Virus record (IMG/VR): IMGVR_UViG_3300033485_000038 | Span: 1 to 43,038 of that record | Length of the DNA: 43,038 nucleotides | Origin: a virus | Taxonomy: Duplodnaviria; Caudoviricetes | Direction: 5' to 3' (one strand) | In this document: positions 1 through 7,761 of the stretch, in pieces | Layout of the letters: every line of letters starts with the position of its first letter | How positions within the stretch are numbered: the first letter of the stretch is position 1 | The notes under the pieces: model-generated | The model's input: only the letters and a program-made list of their open reading frames with translations | Told to the model about the DNA's origin: nothing | Databases searched by the model: none | Translations under genes and position numbers: made by a program

Positions 1-127
1 GCTACGCCCTGCCTCGTGCCGCTACGCCCTGCCTCGTGCCGCTACGCCCTGCCTCGTGCCGCTACGCCCTGCCTCGTGCCGCTACGCCCTGCCTCGTGCC
101 GCTACGCCCTGCCTCGTGCCGCTACGC
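1..127. repeat. Perfect 20-bp tandem repeat GCTACGCCCTGCCTCGTGCC, 6 full copies plus a partial copy, truncated by the window edge
   Basis: Read directly; no spacers between units. Confidence 0.98.
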
Positions 128-412
128 GACTGGTGGCGCCTTTAACCGTTTATCCGGGCACGGTAGCTTATGCCGTTTAATATGTTGCGACAGTGCTGCC
201 TGGCTGATTCCCATCTGGGCCGCCGCTGTCACTTGGTCGGAATCGTTCGCAATCATCCAGACGTATGCATCGCGTGCCCCCGTGCCGGTGGCCAGCGTGG
301 CGGACTTGCGCGCGCGGTGTAGCAGGCGCGTGAGTTGGTCCAGCGTGGCGACGTATCGGCCGTCGATATCCATGCACACACCCTCTTCATTTAACATGCT
401 TAGTATTTTCAT
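122..412 (-). CDS. Small protein with C-terminal Fis-like helix-turn-helix
   Basis: QVTAAAQMGISQAALSQHIKRHKL resembles an HTH; ATGA overlap with the upstream gene. Confidence 0.65.
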   Translation of the reverse strand: MKILSMLNEEGVCMDIDGRYVATLDQLTRLLHRARKSATLATGTGARDAYVWMIANDSDQVTAAAQMGISQAALSQHIKRHKLPCPDKRLKAPPVA

Positions 413-591
413 CGCTTCGCGTCCTTTATCAGTTGATCTAATACGGCGCCGGGTGTCTGTGGTTCGTCGGCGGCCTCATGGAGTGCCGCGCGTGCGTTAT
501 CCACGCCACGATCTACCGCGCGCACCGCCCCGGAGAATCCTACCGTTGCAAGAGCCGCGCCAACGATTACACCGATTACGAATTTAATCAT
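409..591 (-). CDS. Small membrane-anchored hypothetical protein
   Basis: MIKFVIGVIVGAALATVGFSG hydrophobic N-terminus; GGGGGA RBS; start adjusted to ATG 591. Confidence 0.7.
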   Translation of the reverse strand: MIKFVIGVIVGAALATVGFSGAVRAVDRGVDNARAALHEAADEPQTPGAVLDQLIKDAKR

Positions 592-680
592 AGCGTCCCC
601 CGTTTGATCATGTCGAGAATCTGACTCACCGGGCGGATCGCCCGCCAAAGTTTTGCCCGCCTTGCATGTCTAACGTACAT
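588..680 (-). CDS. 30-aa hypothetical protein (MYVRHARRAKLW...)
   Basis: Fills the gap between neighbours with overlapping starts/stops; below ORF-track cutoff. Confidence 0.45.
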   Translation of the reverse strand: MYVRHARRAKLWRAIRPVSQILDMIKRGTL

Positions 681-855
681 GATCTACCCCCGCAATCAGT
701 TGCGCCACGTCATCCGCGTAATAATACCCGGTGGATGGCTGCGCGATTGTTTCAAGTGCGGCATCAGCCGCGAGCATTGCCGCTTCCGTATCGTGCCCAG
801 CGTTCCAGAACATGCGCAGCGCGGTGCGTTTATTTATTGCAATTCGATCGTTCAT
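670..855 (-). CDS. Hypothetical protein
   Basis: ORF in a tightly packed operon; ATGA overlap. Confidence 0.65.
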   Translation of the reverse strand: MNDRIAINKRTALRMFWNAGHDTEAAMLAADAALETIAQPSTGYYYADDVAQLIAGVDHVR

Positions 856-1034
856 GATTGTTCACCCCCTGTCAATATAGCCTCAATCGCTGCAACCTGC
901 TCGGCTGTGAGGTTCATGCAATTAGTATGCCCGTGCTCACTGCGTAGTTGTATGGTCACGGGGTACGCAAGCGAGCCCCATCCGGTGAAGCCTTCCGGCT
1001 TCAGGCGGTCGATCTGTTGTTGTGCATAGTTCAC
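852..1034 (-). CDS. Hypothetical protein
   Basis: GTG start overlapping the upstream TGA; GAGGGG RBS. Confidence 0.65.
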   Translation of the reverse strand: MNYAQQQIDRLKPEGFTGWGSLAYPVTIQLRSEHGHTNCMNLTAEQVAAIEAILTGGEQS

Positions 1035-1417
1035 GATTGCAGCCCCTCGGCAAACGTCGCCCATACTCCAGGAAGTGTTGCGCCCTCACTGCGCGCCACG
1101 TCGAGAATATATTCGGCATCGTCAGCGTGGATATCTTCGGGCTGATTCTCATCCAACAGCTCGTCAATGAAGCCCTCCAGCCCGCTATATGGCGTGCTAT
1201 AGAACGATTCGAGAGTGCCGCCGTTCATCATTGCGCACTGATAATCGGAATTAACCAAAAAAACGTTGCCGCTGTTGCGATTGAATGCGAACTTTACGCC
1301 GTCATCATCGAATGTCTGGGGCAAGCCCGAGGCGTCCCATGCGTTTAAAATATCGCGGATCATTGCGCGTTCGCGGGCGGACGACATGATTGTTGCAAAG
1401 TCTTCTGTATAGCTCAT
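1031..1417 (-). CDS. Hypothetical acidic early protein
   Basis: ATG 1417 preceded by AGGAG; first gene after promoter module copy 1. Confidence 0.75.
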   Translation of the reverse strand: MSYTEDFATIMSSARERAMIRDILNAWDASGLPQTFDDDGVKFAFNRNSGNVFLVNSDYQCAMMNGGTLESFYSTPYSGLEGFIDELLDENQPEDIHADDAEYILDVARSEGATLPGVWATFAEGLQS

Positions 1418-1546
1418 TTTCTCTACTCCTGGAAAAGTGGTTAAGGCCATTCCTTAACCGATGTGTGCATTATTGTATAACTGTTATATCCTGTCAACAC
1501 TTATTTTCAACTATTTTGCAATTTCGTGCTGAATCAATGATTTAAA
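1415..1546 (-). promoter_or_regulatory. Promoter module copy 1: sigma70 promoter TTGACA-17-AATAAT, operator TATAAC-W-GTTATA, leader hairpin, RBS
   Basis: Read on the minus strand; near-identical to 2384-2517. Confidence 0.85.
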
Positions 1547-1765
1547 CACTCGTTCAAACGTCACTTTGTCAAAATACGCGCTAGACTTCAGCCCGTGCTT
1601 TACTGCGCGCCGCCGGTACAGTTCCCATACTGGCATACCGTCGATTGTGCCGCCATCCCTCACGCCGTAGTTGCGCATCGTATCGCCAAAAAACCGCATG
1701 CTATCGCGATCAAAGAACAGTGAACCGGTAGCGCTGACGCGGTATTTCAATTCGCAGGGTTTCAT
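1511..1765 (-). CDS. Hypothetical phage protein (FFDRDSMRFFGDTMRNY motif)
   Basis: ATG 1765 with GAGG RBS, ATGA overlap. Confidence 0.75.
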   Translation of the reverse strand: MKPCELKYRVSATGSLFFDRDSMRFFGDTMRNYGVRDGGTIDGMPVWELYRRRAVKHGLKSSAYFDKVTFERVFKSLIQHEIAK

Positions 1766-2076
1766 GCTGCCACCTCGCGAAGAGCTGCCGCGAAACTGGG
1801 AACAACCCCCAGCCCGTGCCAGTTCCATTTTCCCGAATACGGGTTAAGCGTGCCGCTTCGGACCACTTCGCGCGCCTTCGCGACATCTTCGAAGCGGCAC
1901 GCGATCCAGTCATCATAAATGTATACCTTTAACAAACCTGCGCGCGTGGTTACGGTGTATTCGATCGCCTCCTCGGGCATACGGTCAGGAATGGGCACGA
2001 GTGTGCCGAGAATATCCAACACGGTGCAGGCTTCGCGCTGGAATGCGTCGCGGAATTTTTTTGTGATTTTACGCAC
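1762..2076 (-). CDS. Hypothetical phage protein (LNPYSGKWNWH motif)
   Basis: ORF with GGAGG RBS; start codon uncertain (GTG 2076 or TTG 2082). Confidence 0.75.
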   Translation of the reverse strand: MRKITKKFRDAFQREACTVLDILGTLVPIPDRMPEEAIEYTVTTRAGLLKVYIYDDWIACRFEDVAKAREVVRSGTLNPYSGKWNWHGLGVVPSFAAALREVAA

Positions 2077-2078
2077 GA

Positions 2079-2306
2079 TCAAGCCCTCCTCACATTTTCA
2101 ATAGTAACGGTGCCGCGATACGTGCCAATATCTGCAGTCACTTCGCGCCCGTCATGATTCGTGATCGAATAACCCAGCGAACTATCCACGGCGGTCCGGC
2201 AGGTGATACCGTCGAGGCGCACCACGTAACGGGGATTACCGTTGCGGGATGATGGTGCGCGCTCTATCACTTCGAGGCGGCCGGTGTGTTGTGTGGCGTT
2301 CTTCAT
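2079..2306 (-). CDS. Hypothetical phage protein (SSRNGNPRY motif)
   Basis: ORF with GGGGGA RBS. Confidence 0.75.
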   Translation of the reverse strand: MKNATQHTGRLEVIERAPSSRNGNPRYVVRLDGITCRTAVDSSLGYSITNHDGREVTADIGTYRGTVTIENVRRA

Positions 2307-2308
2307 GA

Positions 2309-2386
2309 TCAGATCCCCCGTGCCAGAAATTCGGCAATAGTTAAGAGTTCTACGATTTGGCCGGCTTGGTTACGTATTGCGATCAT
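2309..2386 (-). CDS. 25-aa micro-ORF MIAIRNQAGQIVELLTIAEFLARGI
   Basis: Uses the same AGGAG RBS/ATG position as the first gene behind module copy 1. Confidence 0.55.
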   Translation of the reverse strand: MIAIRNQAGQIVELLTIAEFLARGI

Positions 2387-2517
2387 TTTTTCTCTACTCC
2401 TGGAAAAGTGATTAGGGCCATTCCCTAATCGATGTCTGCATGATATATAACAGTTATATTGCCGTCAACACTTATTTTCAACTATTTTGTAATTTCGTGC
2501 TGAATCAATGATTTAAA
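2384..2517 (-). promoter_or_regulatory. Promoter module copy 2: TTGACG-17-TATCAT, operator, leader hairpin, RBS
   Basis: Direct repeat of 1415-1546 with compensatory changes in the hairpin. Confidence 0.85.
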
Positions 2518-2565
2518 TACACACGCCGCCGTGCACAGTGTGCCGCATGCGCGCGGCGCGATTCG

Positions 2566-3030
2566 CTATCTACCATTCGCCCGCGCTGCGCGGCGACGGC
2601 GCAGCGTTACGCTGATATTTCCCTGCGCCACATCAAAGAGGCGTGCGGCTTCCGACTGCCTCCGGCCCGGCGCCGCCTGCAGCCACTCGATTGCAGCGTT
2701 CATCTTGCTAGGGCCAACAAGGCGTAGCGGTGGCGCGTCTGGATCGGCCGGTGCGGGCATGCAACCTTTTGGCAGATCCAAATAATAACCGTCGTACGTG
2801 TGCCGATTGTTAAACACCAGACAATCGAAAATCTCGGTTAAATCGTCCATTAAATATGCGTAATCCGTGGCGCACACTGTCGCAACCCCTGCGCGCGGCA
2901 CCTTCAACGACTGGTCGGTTGTGTGCCGAATGACTACACGGTGCGATTCTAGCATGGTGCGCAATTTATTCCATTCTTCACCATCGCGGGGGACATTAAA
3001 CCAGCGCACAACAACTTCGATTGTATTCAT
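2566..3030 (-). CDS. Hypothetical protein with C-terminal HTH
   Basis: QSEAARLFDVAQGNISVTLRRR; AAAGGAG RBS. Confidence 0.75.
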   Translation of the reverse strand: MNTIEVVVRWFNVPRDGEEWNKLRTMLESHRVVIRHTTDQSLKVPRAGVATVCATDYAYLMDDLTEIFDCLVFNNRHTYDGYYLDLPKGCMPAPADPDAPPLRLVGPSKMNAAIEWLQAAPGRRQSEAARLFDVAQGNISVTLRRRRAARANGR

Positions 3031-3310
3031 TTTATATACTCCTTTGGAATTAACAATTTAGGGTAAATCTAACTACTTTTCTTAACTATTTCCGGCGGTT
3101 TTCTCTTTATATCTTCTCCTTATTATATCTACATTCTGCCATATTCTCTTACTATATACAAATAATACTCTTCACATGGGGATAGGAAAACGTTAGAAAT
3201 AGTTAAAATAAATAGTTAAAACCACGCGAATCGGTCGGGTATTCAGTCAACCCGTTACAGTTGCGGCGTGCTGGTGCGAGTGCTAGACTCATGAAATTAA
3301 AGGGGGATTT

Positions 3311-3739
3311 ATGGCGCACTTGCTAGACTTGATCGGGATGGATGAATTGTGTGATCGAATAGAGGCGGGCGACTCGTTCGCGGCCATATCGGCGGACTAC
3401 GCAGTCAGCCCTATGACACTACGGGCATATTTGCGCGCCACTCCTGAGAGAGAAGCGGACTACGCACGCGCGATTGAGGCGAGCGCCGAGGCATTGCTAG
3501 AGAAAGGCCGCGAGATCATCGCATCATCGTTGAATAAAAAGGGCGACATTGACCCAACCGCCGCCCGCGCCCTTGCCAGCGAATACGCACGCCTGGCTGC
3601 AATCCGTAATCGTGCGTTCTCTGACAAGCCGCAAGTGGCGATCCAGATCAACAACAACCCCCAGCCGCTACAATTGCCTGATAACCTCGACCCGATAGCC
3701 GCATCGAAGGCATACGCAGCACTTATTGATCAAAAGTAA
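3311..3739 (+). CDS. terS: Terminase small subunit (Sf6 gp1-like)
   Basis: N-terminal HTH (ELCDRIEAGDSFAAI...YARA), helical core, C-terminal VAIQINNN; lies upstream of terL. Confidence 0.7.
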   Translation: MAHLLDLIGMDELCDRIEAGDSFAAISADYAVSPMTLRAYLRATPEREADYARAIEASAEALLEKGREIIASSLNKKGDIDPTAARALASEYARLAAIRNRAFSDKPQVAIQINNNPQPLQLPDNLDPIAASKAYAALIDQK

Positions 3740-3853
3740 AAACGCCTAATTTTTGCACAGCCCTTTAGAATCAGTCACTTGCACGAATGACGCGTAATGG
3801 TCATTATGTAAAATGGGTTGATTATTAAGGGCTTTTTATCGTGTGGATTGTTT

Positions 3854-3998
3854 TGTGGATAACTTCGCACGATCCGCCCTTGTGGATAACTCCGTTATAA
3901 TGCGCCGCTTTTTCCCCCGTTTATTCTTTTAAATCATCCAGTTACACGCGCAACCTGTGCAACTTCGCACGAGTCCGCCGCAAGTAACTTGTGGATAA
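3854..3998. promoter_or_regulatory. Three perfect DnaA boxes (TGTGGATAA at 3854, 3881, 3990)
   Basis: Reverse complement of consensus TTATCCACA, clustered in non-coding DNA. Confidence 0.6.
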
Positions 3999-4282
3999 AC
4001 CCCCGCAACATCCAACAAATCCCCTTTGTAATCAATACGTTACGTGCGGCGCGTGCCTATATTTTAGGCAATCGTTCAAAAAATTGACCCCGGGGGGTGG
4101 CTCCCTACGCCTGTTTATACCCATTCGCAAATTTGCTGTGAAAAAGCCGCAAGGTCATATTAGCCGTTTCTAATACTCGCACCATGCGAATCATCTCGCA
4201 CCATGCGATCAACAGTTGCCAATGAGAATCGTCCCGCACCGATCCCCAAAATTTTTTATATGGTATTTTTTCTATAGGGCTA

Positions 4283-4311
4283 TTGACACGCCCGTCACTA
4301 ACGAATAGGAT
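4283..4311 (+). promoter_or_regulatory. Putative sigma70 promoter TTGACA-17-TAGGAT
   Basis: Consensus -35, 17-bp spacer, upstream of the rightward accessory operon. Confidence 0.6.
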
Positions 4312-4339
4312 GCTCCACATTGACAAAGGAGGACGCGGA

Positions 4340-4606
4340 ATGCTCAGAGCAGCGATCGTAGCGATGAAGGGTGAGAAGTTCGACGTGCGTGACATGCCAT
4401 CGATTCGTGCGGCACGACGAACGTTGGGTCGAATGGCGCGTAATGGTGAGTTGAGCAGACATGGTGTGGTGTATGCAGGCGGCAGTTCGTACACCGTCTA
4501 TCGTGAGGCGAAGCTGCTGCCCCTGCCGACACCTGAGCCTGCCCCAGTGCAGAACGTGCCTGAATGGCAGAAAGCATGGCCGAGGTTACGATGGGTGACC
4601 CGGTGA
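4340..4606 (+). CDS. Small basic protein, possibly winged-helix
   Basis: ATG 4340 after AAAGGAGG; ARRTLGRMARNGELSR. Confidence 0.65.
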   Translation: MLRAAIVAMKGEKFDVRDMPSIRAARRTLGRMARNGELSRHGVVYAGGSSYTVYREAKLLPLPTPEPAPVQNVPEWQKAWPRLRWVTR

Positions 4607-4794
4607 ATATCTCCGAGACTGCTCGAGCGTTGAACGAGATGTCCGATCACGCCGACGAACTCGGGCGGCAGATCGATGCGAAGGCTCAGGGGTTGCTACA
4701 GTTGGATAAACAGCGCAGCGCGATCATTGTGATGATGAAAGCACTGTGCATATCACAGATGAATGGGGGGCTTCATGATGACCGATCACGATGA
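4603..4794 (+). CDS. Hypothetical coiled-coil protein
   Basis: GTGA overlap with the previous gene. Confidence 0.6.
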   Translation: MNISETARALNEMSDHADELGRQIDAKAQGLLQLDKQRSAIIVMMKALCISQMNGGLHDDRSR

Positions 4795-4975
4795 TATTGA
4801 CCGCGACCCGCACTCGGGTGGACCGATGCGTTTCCACCGAACCGACCCAACGGGCAGGCTGACACCGATCAGTGTCGATGACGAAGTGTCTGATGTGGAA
4901 TTCGAATGGGCGATGTATTCTGCCAGTGTGTTCATCATCGTCATCGCAGCACTGGCGACATGGTGGCTCGCGTGA
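4775..4975 (+). CDS. Small protein with C-terminal transmembrane helix
   Basis: ASVFIIVIAALATWWLA. Confidence 0.6.
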   Translation: MMTDHDDIDRDPHSGGPMRFHRTDPTGRLTPISVDDEVSDVEFEWAMYSASVFIIVIAALATWWLA

Positions 4976-5241
4976 CTAACCTGCCACATCACCGCCGCAA
5001 TAACTGGGGGATTGCCGCCCGTAACTGGAGGCTGAAGCGTAAAGCATGGCTGCTAGTTGTGGCTGCCCTGCTAGGTTATCTGGTCTATCAGGGTGAAGAG
5101 TTGCTGCACAGTCAGACACGGGAGGCTAGGGCGGAGAATGCTTATATGAGCCTCAAACTGGATGTATTACAGGTTGCTACGTTTGGCGCGCCCCGTGTGA
5201 ATGACGATGATTTTTTACCTAAGAAAGGACAACTGAAATGA
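4972..5241 (+). CDS. Small membrane protein
   Basis: GTGA overlap; AWLLVVAALLGYLVY. Confidence 0.6.
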   Translation: MTNLPHHRRNNWGIAARNWRLKRKAWLLVVAALLGYLVYQGEELLHSQTREARAENAYMSLKLDVLQVATFGAPRVNDDDFLPKKGQLK

Positions 5242-5678
5242 CTATCTACAAATCGCGTGGCGAGCTGCTGATTGCCGCTGGGGAAAGTATCTTGTTGCAG
5301 GAGAAGGCGGGGATTGAGCCTGTTGGAAAGTTCAACGGGTGCCTGACTCGAATGGTCGTTTGCGACATCACACAAATCATCGGATGGGAATTCCCGCTCT
5401 GCGTGGTTGAGGGCAAGCCTGTGTTTGTTGGGGATGCTTTGTATGACGCGTACAACAGGCAAGTGCTGGCGGAAGTCGCTGACGATGACGGCAACCTGAA
5501 AACAGATAGCCGGTGGTATTCAATTTCATCATACTCATGGAACCCGCCGAAGCCTAAGACGGTGATGGTTGAGTTGTTGGTTGAGGATGCTAAATGTTTG
5601 GCGAATCCTACTTGGGTAACAGACGACATATTACGTCTAGCAAATGCCTGCAACAAAGCACTGGGAGAACTGAAATGA
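5238..5678 (+). CDS. Hypothetical phage protein
   Basis: ATGA overlaps at both ends; AAGGA RBS. Confidence 0.75.
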   Translation: MTIYKSRGELLIAAGESILLQEKAGIEPVGKFNGCLTRMVVCDITQIIGWEFPLCVVEGKPVFVGDALYDAYNRQVLAEVADDDGNLKTDSRWYSISSYSWNPPKPKTVMVELLVEDAKCLANPTWVTDDILRLANACNKALGELK

Positions 5679-6910
5679 CCAACGAAGAGGCAATGCGGGA
5701 AGAGTTTGATGCTTGGCATTCTAGCAACATCCCTCAGTTTAATGGCGAATTGAGGTACAAAGATGTTCAATTGGGGCCATTCGACGGATGGCAAGCCTGC
5801 GCTGAGCAGAAAGACAAAGAGATTGCGGAGTTGAGCCAAGAAATCGAAGCTGGTAATGTCGGGCTTCACCACTACAAAAAGAACAACGACGCGCTCCGCG
5901 CTGAACTTGACACGGAACGATGCATATCTAAAGACCTGCGCGACGATAACGATATGTTGCGCGAGAACTTTGCAGGATTAAAGAACGTGCTACATGGTGC
6001 GCAGAAAGAAGTGGGGGAACTGAGTGAGAAGATTCTCAACTGGGAGCGAAAGTCTGAATCGCGTGAGAGCAAGTTAGGCCAACTTGAGGCTAACGTGGAA
6101 GTGGTAGAGTTGCGCGAGAAGCTGGTTTATGCAGCGCAGATGCTAGCTAATCAAGAACAAGGTGGTAAAGAACTACGAGCGCAATATGAAGAGAAGTTGG
6201 CAGCGCAGCAAGCGATAATTCGGTACTACTGTTTTGCTGATGTAGGACACGCAGAACTCACCGCAATCAAAGCAGCGGAGTATCAGCGCGGGGTGCAGGA
6301 GGTTTCTAACCGTTACCTGAACGGCTACAGCGTAGAGAAGCTACAGCCTGTCCTGATCTCACTGTCAGCAAAGCTATTCAACCACGGCGGCATATTCTGG
6401 GAGACCACGATAGACAGTATGCCGGAGAGGGTAGAGCGGTTGCGTGAGCAGATTGTAGCAGCCAAGCAAGCCGGACGCGAAGAGGCTGAGAAGGAAGCGA
6501 TAGATCAGGAGCCTGTTGGCCTATTTGACCAGTATGCAAGGGCCGATGATGGCGGCAAATTGTATCGTCAGGTATATGAAGACGGAACCAACGAAGGCGC
6601 AAACTTGGTAAACTTATTCGACAAGCCTTTCCCGCAGCAGAAGCCGCTGAGTGATTGGCAGCCTATAGAGACCGCCCCGAAGGACAACAAAGTACCACTA
6701 CTGCTGGCATGCTTCAACGATGATGGTTCAATGCAGTCGTTTGATACTAACGGAAGTTGGGAGTCTGATAGGGAGTCGTGGGAAATGCCGCAAGTCTATT
6801 ACTATTGGGAATCAGATAATGGAAATGTAGAAGAGCCGACACACTGGATGTATCAGCCAGACTTCCTATCCAGACTAGAAGCCGCCCACGGAATAACTGA
6901 GAAGGAGTAG
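5675..6910 (+). CDS. Mosaic coiled-coil protein with C-terminal DUF551-like domain
   Basis: WQPIETAPKD...EPTHWM signature of DUF551; ATG 5675 with GGGAG RBS. Confidence 0.8.
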   Translation: MTNEEAMREEFDAWHSSNIPQFNGELRYKDVQLGPFDGWQACAEQKDKEIAELSQEIEAGNVGLHHYKKNNDALRAELDTERCISKDLRDDNDMLRENFAGLKNVLHGAQKEVGELSEKILNWERKSESRESKLGQLEANVEVVELREKLVYAAQMLANQEQGGKELRAQYEEKLAAQQAIIRYYCFADVGHAELTAIKAAEYQRGVQEVSNRYLNGYSVEKLQPVLISLSAKLFNHGGIFWETTIDSMPERVERLREQIVAAKQAGREEAEKEAIDQEPVGLFDQYARADDGGKLYRQVYEDGTNEGANLVNLFDKPFPQQKPLSDWQPIETAPKDNKVPLLLACFNDDGSMQSFDTNGSWESDRESWEMPQVYYYWESDNGNVEEPTHWMYQPDFLSRLEAAHGITEKE

Positions 6911-7054
6911 ATGATGCTGTCAATTTACAAACTGTTTTGTGCAATAGGGCTTCACCAGTGGGTGCGCGGTAAAGGGTGGATTGAGGATGATGCGCACAAC
7001 GGGCATTACCACGAAGGGCATAGATGCTGCTGGTGCGGCAAAGAGAAGGAGTAG
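6911..7054 (+). CDS. 47-aa Cys/His protein (DUF1660-like)
   Basis: KLFCAIGLHQW...RCCWCG; AAGGAG RBS; below ORF-track cutoff. Confidence 0.7.
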   Translation: MMLSIYKLFCAIGLHQWVRGKGWIEDDAHNGHYHEGHRCCWCGKEKE

Positions 7055-7546
7055 ATGATGGACATAAGGAACTGCGGATTTTGCCAGCAATGTGCCGTGG
7101 GCAACTACGACAAATGCGAAACTCATACCGAAGAAATGGCAGATATCATACGCATTGCACAACTCGAACAGCAACTCACCGAAGCAAAAGCCGAGATTGA
7201 GCGGCTTGCCGCAATCAACAGCATAGATAACGAACTTTCGATGCAGGCAATCAAGGTGTCGGTGGCAAGCAACGTGGCTTTAACTGACCGCATCGAGCGG
7301 CTGCAAGCGCACAATGCGATGCTGGTAGAGGCGTTCATGGGGTACATGAGCGACGAAACGGCAGAATCTAAGTATTATCAAGACGTCTTCAGCGCCACCT
7401 CCGAATCTATCCAGCAATGGCTAGGCACGCGGGATGCGGAGATGCTGCGGAAGTTTGTGCGCTATGTCGATGCCACACCCAGTTTACGACTATCAGAGCG
7501 TCAACGCGCAGAACTTCATCGCATGGCGAACGAGGTGAAATCGTGA
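7055..7546 (+). CDS. Hypothetical protein with N-terminal Cys cluster and coiled coil
   Basis: CGFCQQC...C; AAGGAG RBS. Confidence 0.75.
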   Translation: MMDIRNCGFCQQCAVGNYDKCETHTEEMADIIRIAQLEQQLTEAKAEIERLAAINSIDNELSMQAIKVSVASNVALTDRIERLQAHNAMLVEAFMGYMSDETAESKYYQDVFSATSESIQQWLGTRDAEMLRKFVRYVDATPSLRLSERQRAELHRMANEVKS

Positions 7547-7761
7547 GCCTCGAACAATTTGAGCGCGAAGTATTGGTGCACCGGTATCTCTATTACGTTG
7601 AAGCGTGCCCCATTCTCCCTGACTGTGAGTATGATAAGATCGAGCGCGAGGCACGCGCCGTTCTACCCGAAGACAATGTGGTTCACCGTGTCGGTTCGTC
7701 CTTGTTGTCGAGTTATTCTGCGGATATAATCGCCGAAGCCAAACAACGTGCTGGGATATGA
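7543..7761 (+). CDS. Stand-alone NAD+-dependent DNA ligase domain Ia-like protein
   Basis: [19 protein letters not shown] matches LigA H-x-Y-x-YY...P-x-x-x-D-x-EYD; GTG 7543 with GAGG RBS. Confidence 0.75.
   Translation: MSLEQFEREVLVHRYLYYVEACPILPDCEYDKIEREARAVLPEDNVVHRVGSSLLSSYSADIIAEAKQRAGI

Noticed and set aside
1-127. CRISPR array, or coding ORF 36..587
   Set aside because: Units are contiguous with no spacers; the + strand ORF is a by-product of the repeat and is antisense to well-formed genes
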